Positions 38,100-51,200 of a stretch of 64,000 nt of DNA are shown piece by piece. The translations under genes and the position numbers were made by a program. Numbering within the stretch: the first letter of the stretch is position 1; every line of letters begins with the position of its first letter. This DNA comes from Eledone cirrhosa (lineage: Eukaryota): assembly GCA_964016885.1 (NCBI GenBank), contig OZ024764.1, positions 5,766,001 to 5,830,000 of the forward strand, read 5' to 3'. The notes beneath the pieces are model-generated. The model had not been told where the DNA came from. It ran no database searches and was given only the letters and a program-made list of their open reading frames with translations.

Positions 38100-39870
38100 G
38101 GGAGGAGAGGGTGAGAGGGTGTGGAGGAGAGAGATGTGAGGCGAGAGATGTGAGGTGAAAGGTGAGAGATGTATGAGGTGAGAGGTGAGAGATGTGAGAG
38201 GTGAGTTGTGAGGTGAGAGATGTGAGAGGTGAGTTGTGAGAGGCGAGAGATGTGGGGTGAGATGTGAGGTGAGAGATGTGAGGTGAAAGGTGAGAGATGT
38301 ATGAGGTGAGAGGTGAGAGATGTGAGAGGTGAGTTGTGAGGTGAGAGATGTGAGGTGAAAGGTGAGAGATGTACGAGATGAGAGGTGAGAGATGTGAGAG
38401 GTGAGTTGTGAGAGGCGAGAGATGTGGGGTGAGATGTGAGGTGAGAGATGTGAGGTGAAAGGTGAGAGATGTGAGAGGTGAGTTGTGAGAGGCGAGAGAT
38501 GTGGGGTGAGATGTGAGGTGAGAGATGTGAGGTGAAAGGTGAGAGATGTATGAGGTGAGAGGTGAGAGATGTGAGAGGTGAGTTGTGAGAGGCGAGAGAT
38601 GTGGGGTGAGATGTGAGGTGAGAGATGTGAGGTGAAAGGTGAGAGATGTATGAGGTGAGAGGTGAGAGATGTGAGAGGCGAGAGATGTGGGGTGAGATGT
38701 GAGGTGAGAGATGTGAGGTGAAAGGTGAGAGATGTATGAGGTGAGAGGTGAGAGATGTGAGAGGTGAGTTGTGAGAGGCGAGAGATGTGGGGTGAGATGT
38801 GAGATGAGAGATGTGAGGTGAAAGGTGAGAGATGTATGAGATGAGATGTGAGAGGTGAGATGTGAGAGGTGAGTTGTGAGGTGAGATGTGAGGCGAGAGG
38901 TGAGAGATGTGAGGTGAGAGATGTGAGGTGAGAGATGTGAGGTGAGATGTGAGGCAAGAGATGTGAGGTGAAAGGTGAGAGATGTATGAGATAAGAGGTG
39001 AGAGGTGAGATGTGACGTGAAAGGTGAGAGATGTGAGGTGAGAGGTGAGAGATGTGAGGTGAGATGTGAGGCGAGAGGTGAGAGATGTGAGGTGAGATGT
39101 GAGGTGAAAGGTGAGAGATGTATGAGGTGAGAGGTGAGAGATGTGAGGTGAAAGGTGAGAGATGTATGAGGTGAGAGGTGAGAGGTGAGATGTGAGGCGA
39201 GAGGTGAGATGTGAGGCGAGAAGTGAGAGATGTGAGGTGAGATGTGAGGTGAAAGGTGAGAGATGTATGAGATGAGAGGTGAGATGTGAGAGGTGAGAGA
39301 TGTGGGGTGAGATGTGAGGCGAGAGATGTGAGGTGAAAGGTGAGAGATGTATGAGATGAGATGTGAGAGATGTGAGGTGAGGTGAGATGTGAGGCGAGAG
39401 ATGTGAGGTGAAAGGTGAGAGATGTGAGATGAGAGATGTGATAGGTGAGATGCGAGAGGTGAAAGATGAGATGAAAGGTGTTGAAAAGAGAAAGAGATAA
39501 GAGGTGAAAGATGTGAAATGAAAGGTAATAGATGAGAGACAAGAAGTGAGAGATGAAAGGTGTGAGGTGAAAGGTGAAAGATGTGAGGTGAAAGGTGAAA
39601 GATGTGAAATGAAAGGTGAAAGATGTGAAATGAAAGGTAATAGATGAGAGAGGAGAAGTGAGAGATGAAAGGTGTGAGGTGAAAGGTGAAAGATGTGAAA
39701 TGAAAGGTGAAAGATGTGAAATGAAAGGTGAAAGATGTGAAATGAAAGGTAATAGATGAGAGACGAGAAGTGAGAGATGAAAGGTGTGAGGTGAAAGGTG
39801 AAAGATGTGAAATGAAAGGTGAGAGATGAGAGATGACGACAGGTGAAAGGTGTCAGGTGACAGGTGAGAA
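38100..39870. repeat. GA-rich low-complexity repeat filling an LZTR1 intron
   Basis: GTGAGA/GATGTGAG/GTGAAAG units. Confidence 0.92.
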
Positions 39871-39883
39871 GAGATTATCCTAC

Positions 39884-40000
39884 CTTAATGAAGTCCAGTT
39901 TCAAAGCTGCAGAGTTCTGTAGAGCTACCAGAACATTCTTGTGACCAATACAGGCCTCAAGGTAGTGGATACAGAGTTGCTCCAGTCTGGTCATGTTAAA
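39884..40000 (-). CDS. LZTR1: LZTR1 exon (FNMTRLEQLCIHYLEACIGHKNVLVALQNSAALKLDFIK)
   Basis: CTCTAG acceptor, AAG|GTAGGA donor, 117 nt. Matches human FQLCRLEQLCRQYIEASV. Confidence 0.96.
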
Positions 40001-40026
40001 CTAGAGGTAGAGAATGAGAGACAGTA

Positions 40027-40057
<31 letters not shown>

Positions 40058-40074
40058 TTATATACATAGATATC

Positions 40075-42650
40075 ATCATCATCATTTTACGTCCACTTTT
40101 CCCTGCTTGCAAGGGTGGGACGGGCCCTATTCAGCACAGCATCTCTCCACTTGTCACGGTCCTTCGTCATCTCCTCCGTGAGCTTCAGTGATCTGAGGTC
40201 TGCTCTCACCACCTCCGCCCATGTTTTACGTGGCCTCCCTCTACTGGTATTTCTTGGCACTTCTTTACCCATCGGTCATCCTCCATACACTTCACATGTC
40301 CATACCACTGCAATCTTCTCTCCCACACACCACAACTTATCCCTCTTATACACAGTTTCTCTCTCAACACATCACATGTCCATACCACTGCAATCTTCTC
40401 TCCCACACACTACAACTTATCCCTCTTATACACAGTTTCTCTCTCAACACATCACGTGTCCATACCATCTCAGTCTTCTCTCCCACACACCACAACTTAT
40501 CCCTCTTATACACAGTTTCTCTCTCAACACATCACATGTCCATACCATCTCAGTCTTCTCTCCCGCACACTACAACTTATCCCTCTTATATACAGTTTCT
40601 CTCTCAACACATCACATGTCCATACCATCTCAGTCTTCTCTCCCACACACTACAACTTATCCCTCTTATATACTGTTTCTCTCTCAACACATCACATGTC
40701 CATACCATTTCAGTCTTCTCTCCCGCACACCACAACTTATCCCTCTTATACACAGTTTCTCTCTCAACACATCACATGTCCATACCATCTCAGTCTTCTC
40801 TCCCACACACCACAACTTATCCCTCTTATACAGTTTCTCTCTCAACACATCACATGTCCATACCATCTCAGTCTTCTCTCCCACGCACCACAACTTATCC
40901 CTCTTATACAGTTTCTCTCTCAACACATCACATGTCCATACCACTGCAATCTTCTCTCCCACACACTACAACTTATCCTTCTTATACACAGTTTCTCTCT
41001 CAACACATCACATGTCCATACCATCTCAGTCTTCTCTCCTACACACTACAACTTATCCCTCTTATACACAGTTTCTCTCTCAACACATCACATGTCCATA
41101 CCATCTCAGTCTTCTCTCCCACACACTACAACTTATCCTTCTTATACACAGTTTCTCTCTCAACACATCACATGTCCATACCATCTCAGTCTTCTCTCCT
41201 ACACACTACAACTTATCCCTCTTATACACAGTTTCTCTCTCAACACATCACATGTACATACCATCTCCGTCTTCTCTCCCACACACTACAACTTATCCCT
41301 CTTATACACAGTTTCTCTCTCAACACATCACATGTCCATACCATCTCAGTCTTCTCTCCCACACACCACAACTTATCCCTCTTATACACAGTTTCTCTCT
41401 CAACACATCACATGTCCATACCATCTCAGTCTTCTCTCCCACACACTACAACTTATCCTTCTTATACACAGTTTCTCTCTCAACACATCACATGTCCATA
41501 CCATCTCAGTCTTCTCTCCTATACACTACAACTTATCCCTCTTATACACAGTTTCTCTCTCAACACATCACATGTCCATACCATCTCAGTCTTCTCTCCC
41601 ACACACTACAACTTATCCCTCTTATACACAGTTTCTCTCTCAACACATCACATGTCCATACCATCTCAGTCTTCTCTCCCACACACCACAACTTATCCTT
41701 CTTATACCCAGTTTCTCTCTCAACACATCACATGTCCATACCATCTCAGTCTTCTCTCCCACACACCACAACTTATCCCTCTTATACACAGTTTCTCTCT
41801 CAACACATCACATGTCCATACCATCTCAGTCTTCTCTCCCACACACCACAACTTATCCTTCTTATACCCAGTTTCTCTCTCAACACATCACATGTCCATA
41901 CCATCTCAGTCTTCTCTCCCACACACCACAACTTATCCTTCTTATACCCAGTTTCTCTCTCAACACATCACATGTCCATACCATCTGTCTTCTCTCCCAC
42001 ACACCACAACTTATCCCTCTTATACACAGTTTCTCTCTCAACACATCACATGTCCATACCATCTCAGTCTTCTCTCCCACACACTACAACTTATTCCTCT
42101 TATACACAGTTTCTCTCTCAACACATCACATGTCCATACCATCTCAGTCTTCTCTCCCACACACCACAACTTATCCTTCTTATACCCAGTTTCTCTCTCA
42201 ACACATCACATGCCCATACCATCTCAGTCTTCTCTCCCACACACCACAACTTATCCTTCTTATACCCAGTTTCTCTCTCAACACATCACATGTCCATACC
42301 ATCTCAGTCTTCTCTCCCACACACCACAACTTATCCCTCTTATACACAGTTTCTCTCTCAACACATCACATGTCCATACCATCTCAGTCTTCTCTCCCAC
42401 ACACCACAACTTATCCCTCTTATACACAGTTTCTCTCTCAACACATCACATGTCCATACCATCTCAGGCTTCTCTCCCACACACTACAACTTATCCCTCT
42501 TATACACAGTTTCTCTCTCAACTTGTCTATGATTGGTCATTCATACATATTGACATTGCACATCCAACAGCGCATGCTTGCTTCATTTCTCTCCAGCCTT
42601 CGCATATCCTGTGCAGTTGCTGCCCACGTCTCACTACCATGCAGCATTGC
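40075..42650 (-). mobile_element. RTE LINE 3' end containing an 80-bp tandem array (about 28 copies, 40300-42520)
   Basis: Flanks encode LHGSETW..ERNEASM and RGRPRKTW with an (ATG)n tail. The unit encodes LREKLCIRGISCGVWERRLRWYGHVMC. Confidence 0.92.
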
Positions 42651-42748
42651 GCATCTTTCACACACAGACACACATATAAACACACGCAGAGACATATAGA
42701 TATGTGTAGAGACACATATCTATAGACGCAGCGAGACAATAGACTCAC

Positions 42749-42813
42749 CTGGACAGATAGCCGATATACATCCATCATCAGTAGTATGACCTCATTGCTG
42801 GTTGGTTCTTGAC
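42749..42813 (-). CDS. LZTR1: LZTR1 exon (GQEPTSNEVILLMMDVYRLSVQ)
   Basis: TTTCAG acceptor, CAG|GTGAGT donor, 65 nt. Matches human DVLLIMDVYKLALS. Confidence 0.95.
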
Positions 42814-43419
42814 CTGAAACACACGAGAAGGGTCAGCCTACCATAACAAAGTACATCTATATCATCATCCAGACTTGTACTGTCAGTCACTTCACGCCAT
42901 GAAACCAAGCAGCAACCTGACAAGCCTTCTGCCTTGACACAGACTTTAGACCTAACACATCAAATGCCCCTATCAGTCACGAATGACCATGGTTCTGCAA
43001 CTAGAAACTTACCCTCTGAGGAAGAAGTCTAGGCAAGGTTTGTTTTGTAAAGGCCAGCAGTCACCCCTGGTATACCAGTCCCCCCTCTCCATACCACCGA
43101 TGTTGTCCAAGGGAAAGGCAATAGCCAATACAGCTTGGCACCAGTGATATAACATATATATACACTATATATACAATATATATACTCTATGTACAGTATA
43201 TATACACTATATATGCATTATATATACACTATATATGATGTTGTCCAAGGCTGATACAGCTTTGCACCAGTGATGTCACAACTCATATATACACCATATA
43301 TACACCATATATACATTATATATATATTATATATACACTATATATACATTATATATATATTATATATACACTATATATACATTATATATATACATTATGT
43401 ATACACTATATATATATAT

Positions 43420-44490
43420 ATGGCGATAAAAATAGACGGTAGCCACGGAGTAGGTAGACCCAGAAAAACCTGGGACGACTTGATAAATTCCGACCTCACA
43501 CACTTACACCTCTCCAAGTCAATGTCACTGGACCGAGATCTTTGGCGCTACGCAGTAATACAGAAGACCCGCCTTGCCTAAGTACAGAGTGAAACCTACT
43601 ACAGTCAGTAGGCACCTCTAACAAAATACACCACCGTCCCACTACCCACACCCCATCCATACCACCCCCTTAAATGTAAAGTTATGTTGGTACCACAACA
43701 TCCAGTCCTAAATAAATGAGGTCGTGTAGGTGTCACGACAGAAAAACACACAGTCCACGCTGTAATGTGGCCGTGTAGGTAACACGGTAAAAACCTCCCA
43801 GTCCACACTGTAAACGTGGTTGGTGTTAGGAAGGGCATCCAGCTGTAGAAAACCTGCCAGACAGTCCACGCTGTAATGTGGCTGTGTAGGTAACACGGTA
43901 AAAACCTCCCAATCCACACTGTAAACGTGGTTGGTGTTGGGAAGGGCACCCAGCCGTAGAAAACCTGCCAGACGTGTAGGTGTCACGACAAAAAAACACA
44001 GTCCACGCTGTAATGTGGCCGTGTAGGTAACACGGTAAAAACCTCCCAATCCACACTGTAAACGTGGTTGGTGTTGGGAAGGGCACCCAGCCGTAGAAAA
44101 CCCGCCAGACGTGTAGGTGTCACGACAAAAAAACACCCAGTCCACGCTGTAATGTGGCCGTGTAGGTAACACGGTAAAAACCTCCCAGTCCACACTGTAA
44201 ACGTGGTTGGTGTTGGGAAGGGCACCCAGCCGTAGAAAACCCGCCAGACGTGTAGGTGTCACAACAAAAAACACACAGTCCACGCTGTAATGTGGCCGTG
44301 TAGGTAACACGGTAAAAACCTCCCAGTCCACACTGTAAACGTGGTTGGTGTTGGGAAGGGCATCCAGCCGTAGAAAACCCGCCAGACAGTCCTGAGCAAG
44401 ACAACCAATCTTGCCTCAAGTGGGACAATTCCCGTCCAGACCCATGCTAGCGTGGAAAATGGACGTTAAACGATGATGATGATGATGATA
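43420..44490 (+). mobile_element. RTE 3' fragment plus SINE tail with about 137-bp tandem repeats
   Basis: GRPRKTWDD fragment, repeated CCACACTGTAAACGTGGTTGGTGTTGGGAAGGGC blocks, (ATG)n tail. Confidence 0.8.
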
Positions 44491-44594
44491 TATATATTTG
44501 TGTGTGCGTATGTATATGTATGCGTTGGCGCATACATATACACTGGCCTAAATTTTAACAATTATTTATATTTACTATTATAATAACCTCTAAG

Positions 44595-45222
44595 GGCGGT
44601 GGTTTGGCAGTATCGGTAGAGGGCCGGACACCATGCTTTCCAGCATAGAGTTACGCCCCTTTGTGGTCTGAGTTCAAATCCCGCCGAGGTTAACTTTGCC
44701 TTTCATCCTTACGGGGTCGATATTAAATAAAGTTCCAGTCACGCACTGGCGTCGATTTAATAGACTTTCCCCTTCCCCCCCCCCAAATTGTTGTCCCTGT
44801 GCCTATATAAGAAACCATTATTAATCCGGCGCGCCGCCCTGCCCGAACAGTTGAGCAAAGTGCCACTGAAAGGCCGCGCTCCTCTGCTTCGGCTCACGTA
44901 TCATGCGTCCGTTTTGGTCCTTCAAAGATCGAATCATGGACTTGTTGCCACTTTTCGCCTCCGTAACTCGGGCCCAGCTAACAGCTTTGGCTCCCTCGTT
45001 TCCCAGAGCACGTATTTTGCTCCTGACAATGCAGCCTTCACTGGCAGTGTCAGTAGAGGGTCGGACGCCATGCTTTCCAGCACAGTTACGTCTCTTTACG
45101 GTCTGAGTTCAAATCCCGCCGAGGTTGACTTTGCCTTTCATCCTTACGGGGTCGATAAAATAAAGTACCAGTAATGCACTGGGATAATTGCTGGCCTTGT
45201 GCCTAAAGTAGAAACAATTATT
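44595..45222 (+). mobile_element. Two SINE family 3 copies (44595-44820 and 45041-45222)
   Basis: TGGCAGTATCGGTAGAG A box, GAGTTCAAATCC B box. Confidence 0.85.
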
Positions 45223-45676
45223 TACTTTTACTATTATTAATAACCTCTGTCATTTATTTTATTCTTAAACTCCGGAACTGGAAATCATTTGGTTATTCTA
45301 AATAGAATATTAGTCTAACGACTCCTTTTATACAATAAACATGGTTTTGTCATTGCAAGAAATTCTTCTTCTCGCTCCACATAATGACGTAATTATCCTC
45401 GAATTTTTCCGTTCATTGCCAGGGAACGTCTTCACAAACCAAAGTATCATCTTCCTGTTTTCCTTCAGTTGCAACATTTTTAAAAACATTTTTCCTGCGT
45501 TCACAGATTGATTTTTTTAGTTTCAGAAGATCCCGTTAAGGGTGAAAGCAGCGATTCTTTGCTTAAACTTTAATCTGTCCTTATAATAAATATTTGCTCT
45601 GCAGGTTTATATATATTTTTATATATATATAATCCTTATTGAGCCCTCTACGGACTTTAGTCTTCACAGTTATTAT

Positions 45677-45728
<52 letters not shown>

Positions 45729-45736
45729 ATACAAAG

Positions 45737-46042
45737 TGTTTCCTTGAGCAAGACACTTTATTTCACATTGCTCCAGTTTACTCAGCTGTAGAAATGGGAT
45801 GATAGGGACTGGGGTCCCTATCATTCCACTGTAAAGTGGTTGTGGAGGTGCCACGGCAAAAAAGCACCCAGCCCACACTGTAAAGTGGACATGTAGGCGC
45901 CACAGAAAAAAAGCACCCAGCACTCACTGTAAATGAGGTTAGTGTTAGGAAGGGCATCCAGCTGTAGAAATCAAGGCAGAATCAGTTCCCGTCCCACCCT
46001 TGCAAGCAGGGAAAAGCGGACGTAAAATGATGATGATGATGA
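45737..46042 (+). mobile_element. 5'-truncated SINE family 1
   Basis: Matches 11345-11600. Confidence 0.85.
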
Positions 46043-46669
46043 TATATCTATATAATATATAGAAATAAACACACAAAGAAGTGTGTTTAGAATTACATGG
46101 GTTGAAAAGCACTTTGGTGCATTGTATATAATCTATGAACAAATGGAAAATAGATAATAACCGGGGAAAAAATGAATTAAAATGTACTAACCACTTCAAT
46201 AACTAATAAACTCCTGGACAAACTACTGATAGAGTTTGTTTCACCATAAATTAGTGGCTATGTCACATAATCCTAGGGTTTCTCAACAGGAGTAAGGATT
46301 ATATGAACAGCACACCTAGAGATAATTTAGGTAACTAAATATTGCACATGGTGAATATAGTAAGAGAACCAATGAAACCTTGTGTGACAGACAGCACATA
46401 GTGGCATGAGTGGATCATAAAACAGCTAAAAATGGCAGCCTAAAGCGACTCAACTTCAAAGGTTCAACAAACAGCGAGAGAAACTGTTAAGAGCCAAATT
46501 CAAATGAAAAACGGAGTACGCCCCACATTTGCAGTCCCAGTTATTCATGGAATTATCTTTAAAACCTAACTAATAATTATTCCTGAAAACCACCAAATAT
46601 TCATGGAAGCATAAATATCTTCTGCGATTTTTTTTTAATGGTTTTTTTCCTGGCATTATATATTTTTTG

Positions 46670-46855
46670 GGGATTGGCAGTATCGGTAGAGGTTCGGACG
46701 CCATGCTTTGACGCATAGAGTTACGGCCCTTGCCATTCTGAGTTCAAATCCCGCCGAGGTTAACTTTGCCTTTCATCCTTACGGGGTCGATAAAATAAAG
46801 TACCAGTAATGTACTGGGTAATTTCTGGCTTTGTGCCAATAGTAGAAACAATTAT
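46670..46855 (+). mobile_element. SINE family 3
   Basis: Near-identical reverse complement of 17607-17795. Confidence 0.88.
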
Positions 46856-47110
46856 ATTTTTTTTTTTCACACTTTTTAACACTAAATCATCAACAACAAT
46901 ATACCACATTTGCTGGCCTATTGGACAGCCCTGCTCATAAGATTCTCCCTCTTTTTTTAAAAATTATATTTTAAGTTATACTTTGACGCCTATAGGCATT
47001 ATATGGACCACATCCAATATTCAGTTTTTCACTCTTCACAGTGCTCCAGGAACATAACCTCCACAAATACAGGGGGGACAACTGTATATGTAAAATCAAT
47101 TAACTAATTT

Positions 47111-47785
47111 AATTGTTTCTACTTTAGGCACAAGGCCAGCAATTACCCAGTGCATTACTGGTACTTTATTTTATCGACCCCGTAAGGATGAAAGGCAAAG
47201 TCAACCTCGGCGGGATTTGAACTCAGATCGTAAAGGGACGTAACTATGCTGGAAAGCATGGCGTCCGACCCTCTACCGATACTGCCAATCCACCGCCCTA
47301 GCATGGTGTCCGACCCTCTACCGATACTGCCAATCCACCACCCTAGCATGGTGTCCGACCCTCTACCGATATTGTCAATCCACCACCCTAGCATGGTGTC
47401 CGACCCTCTACCGATACTGCCAATCCACCACCCTAGCATGGTGTCCGACCCTCTACCGATACTGACAATCCACCACCCTAGCATGGTGTCCGACCCTCTA
47501 CCGATACTGACAATCCACCACCCTAGCATGGTGTCCGACCCTCTACCGATACTGACAATCTACCACCCTAGCATGGTGTCCGACCCTCTACCGATACTGC
47601 CAATCCACCACCCTAGCATGGTGTCCGACCCTCTACCGATACTGCCAATCCACCACCCTAGCATGGTGTCCGACCCTCTACCGATACTGCCAATCCACCA
47701 CCCTAGCATGGTGTCCGACCCTCTATCGATACTGCCAATCCACCACCCTAGCATGGTGTCCGACCCTCTACCGATACTGACAATC
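47111..47785 (-). mobile_element. SINE family 3 whose 5' head is amplified as a 45-bp tandem repeat (about 12 copies)
   Basis: Unit GCATGGTGTCCGACCCTCTACCGATACTGCCAATCCACCACCCTA. Confidence 0.9.
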
Positions 47786-48026
47786 CCCCAATCCTGGTTA
47801 TTCTTATTCATTTTATTTATCTCAATGAAACAAAACAAAAAAAAACGAATAAACAAGAGGATGCAATCACATGAAGTGTATTAGTTTCACGCTTGGAGAA
47901 AGAAGAGTGAGTTATATAGTCAACAACATCAGGCATTTGCCCATATAATGGAGTATTGGGAAAGCCAGTACATCTCGGGGTGTATACAGAAGGGGTATAT
48001 ATAGTGAAGAGGGTGTATAAACTGAC

Positions 48027-48156
48027 CTTTCTGTGTTGGGTGTATACGATCGGTGTATATATAGGACAGGACCATGTCAAAAGCCTTGGGGTTGGCATCA
48101 GGGACGGAAACCTTCAGTTTTCCAGCCATTTCTTTACTGCATAGAGGTAACTGTTG
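48027..48156 (-). CDS. LZTR1: LZTR1 exon (QQLPLCSKEMAGKLKVSVPDANPKAFDMVLSYIYTDRIHPTQK)
   Basis: TTCCAG acceptor (alternative in-frame CAG 6 nt downstream), AAG|GTCAGT donor, 130 nt. BTB F..vL.yiYTD motif. Confidence 0.93.
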
Positions 48157-48225
48157 CTGGAAGTGAGAGAGGGACTAATGTTAGGCATTAACTAGCGTTA
48201 GACACTGGCTTATTGACATTTTAAG

Positions 48226-51200
48226 GTGGTGGTGGTGATAGTAGTGGTGGTGGTGGTAGTGGTGGTGGTAGTAGTGGTGGTGGTAGTGGTGGTGGTGATA
48301 GTAGTGGTGGTGGTGGTAGTGGTGGTGGTGGTGGTGGTAGTGGTGGTGGTAGTGGTGGTGGTGGTAGTAGTGGTGGTGGTAGTGGTGGTGGTGGTAGTAG
48401 TGGTGGTGGTAGTAGTGGTGGTGGTAGTGGTGGTGGTGGTAGTAGTGGTGGTGGTAGTAGTGATGGTGGTAGTAGTGATGGTGGTAGTGGTGGTGGTGGT
48501 AGTGGTGGTGGTGGTAGTGGTGGTGGTAGTGGTGGTGGTGGTAGTAGTGGTGGTGGTAGTAGTGATGGTGGTAGTAGTGGTGGTGATAGTAGTGGTGGTG
48601 ATAGTAGTGGTGGTGATAGTAGTGGTGGTGGTAGTGGTGGTGGTGGTGGTAGTAGTGATGGTGGTAGTGGTGATGGTGGTAGTAGTGGTGGTGATAGTAG
48701 TGGTGGTGGTAGTAGTGGTGGTGGTAATAGTGGTGGTGGTAGTGGTGGTACTAGTGGTAGTGGTGGTGGTGGTAGTAGTGATGGTGGTAGTGGTGGTGGT
48801 GGTAGTGGTGGTGGTGGTAGTAGTGATGGTGGTAGTGGTGGTGGTGGTAGTAGTGATGGTGGTAGTAGTGGTGGTGGTAGTAGTGGTGGTGATAGTAGTG
48901 GTGGTGGTAGTAGTGGTGGTGGTAGTAGTGATGGTGGTAGTAGTGGTGGTGGTAGTGGTGGTGGTGGTAGTGGTGATGGTGGTAGTGGTGGTGGTGGTAG
49001 TGGTGATGGTGGTAGTAGTGATGGTGGTAGTAGTGATGGTGATAGTGGTGGTGGTGGTGGTAGTGGTGGTGGTAGTGGTGGTGGTGGTAGTAGTGATGGT
49101 GATAGTAGTGGTGGTGATAGTAGTGGTGGTGGTAGTAGTGGTGGTGGTAGTGGTGGTGGTGGTAGTGGTGGTGGTGGTAGTAGTGATGGTGGTAGTAGTG
49201 GTGGTGGTAGTAGTGGTGGTGGTGGTAGTGGTGGTGGTAGTGGTGGTGGTGGTAGTAGTGATGGTGATAGTAGTGGTGGTGATAGTAGTGGTGGTGATAG
49301 TAGTGGTGGTGGTAGTAGTGATGGTGGTAGTAGTGATGGTGGTAGTGGTGGTGGTGGTAGTAGTGGTGGTGGTAGTAGTGATGGTGGTAGTAGTGGTGGT
49401 GATAGTAGTGGTGGTGGTAATAGTGATGGTGGTAGTAGTGATGGTGGTAGTGGTGGTGGTGGTAGTAGTGGTGGTGGTAGTAGTGATGGTGGTAGTAGTG
49501 GTGGTGATAGTAGTGGTGGTGGTGGTAGTGGTGGTGGTAATAGTGATGGTGGTAGTAGTGATGGTGGTAGTGGTGGTGGTGGTAGTAGTGGTAGTGGTAG
49601 TAGTGATGGTGGTAGTAGTGGTGGTGATAGTAGTGGTGGTGGTGGTAGTGGTGGTGGTAATAGTGATGGTGGTAGTAGTGATGGTGGTAGTGGTGGTGGT
49701 GGTAGTAGTGATGGTGGTAGTAGTGGTGGTGATAGTAGTGGTGGTGGTGGTAGTGGTGGTGATAGTGGTGATGGTGGTAGTGGTGATGGTGGTAGTGGTG
49801 GTGGTGGTAGTAGTGATGGTGGTAGTGGTGGTGGTGGTAGTAGTGATGGTGGTAGTGGTGGTGGTGGTAGTAGTGATGGTGGTAGTAGTGATGGTGGTAG
49901 TGGTGGTGATAGTGGTGATGGTGGTAGTGGTGATGGTGGTAGTGGTGGTGGTGATAGTAGTAATGGTGATAGTAGTGGTGGTGGTAGTAGTGATGGTGGT
50001 AGTGGTGGTGGTGGTAGTGGTGATGGTGGTAGTGGTGGTGGTGGTAGTGGTGGTGATAGTGGTGATGGTGGTAGTGGTGATGGTGGTAGTGGTGGTGGTG
50101 ATAGTAGTAATGGTGATAGTAGTGGTGGTGGTAGTAGTGATGGTGGTAGTGGTGGTGGTGGTAGTGGTGATGGTGGTAGTGGTGGTGGTGGTAGTAGTGG
50201 TGATAGTAGTGATGGTGGTAGTGGTGGTGGTGGTAGTGGTGGTGGTGGTAGTAGTAATGGTGATAGTAGTGGTGGTGGTAGTGGTGGTGATAGTGGTGAT
50301 GGTGGTAGTGGTGATGGTGGTAGTGGTGGTGGTGATAGTAGTAGTGGTGGTGGTGTTGATGATAGTAGTGATGGTGATAGTGGTAGTGATGGTGGTAGTG
50401 TTGGTGGTAATAGTAGTGATGGTGGTGGTGACGATGGTGATAGTAGTGGTGGTGGTGGTGGTGTTGATGATAATAAATATAGTGGTAGTGGTAGTGATGG
50501 TGGTAGTGTTGGTGGTAGTGGTAGCGATGGTGGTAGTGTTGGTACTAGTGTTGGTATTAGTGGTAGTGTTGGTGGTAGTGTTGGTACTAGTGGTAGTGTT
50601 GGTACTAGTGGTAGTGTTGGTGGTAGTGTTGGTACTAGTGGTAGTGTTGGTGGTAGTGTTGGTACTAGTGGTAGTGTTGGTATTAGTGGTAGTGTTGGTG
50701 GTAGTGTTGGTACTAGTGGTAGTGTTGGTGGTAGTGTTGGTACTAGTGGTAGTGTTGGTGGTAGTGTTGGTACTAGTGGTAGTGTTGGTGGTAGTGTTGG
50801 TACTAGTGGTAGTGTTGGTATTAGTGGTAGTGTTGGTGGTAGTGTTGGTACTAGTGGTAGTGTTGGTGGTAGTGTTGGTACTAGTGGTAGTGTTGGTACT
50901 AGTGGTAGTGTTGGTGGTAGTGTTGGTACTAGTGGTAGTGTTGGTGGTAGTGTTGGTACTAGTGGTAGTGTTGGTGGTAGTGTTGGTACTAGTGGTAGTG
51001 TTGGTATTAGTGGTAGTGTTGGTGGTAGTGTTGGTACTAGTGGTAGTGTTGGTGGTAGTGTTGGTACTAGTGGTAGTGTTGGTGGTAGTGTTGGTACTAG
51101 TGGTAGTGTTGGTGGTAGTGTTGGTACTAGTGGTAGTGTTGGTGGTAGTGTTGGTACTAGTGGTAGTGTTGGTATTAGTGGTAGTGTTGGTGGTAGTGTT

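Noticed and set aside
38094-39542. 482-aa His/Ser/Leu-rich ORF
   Set aside because: Low-complexity intron repeat between two well-defined LZTR1 exons.
40115-42725. 750-830 aa ORFs in all three plus frames
   Set aside because: Antisense reading of a stop-free 80-bp LINE-derived tandem repeat.
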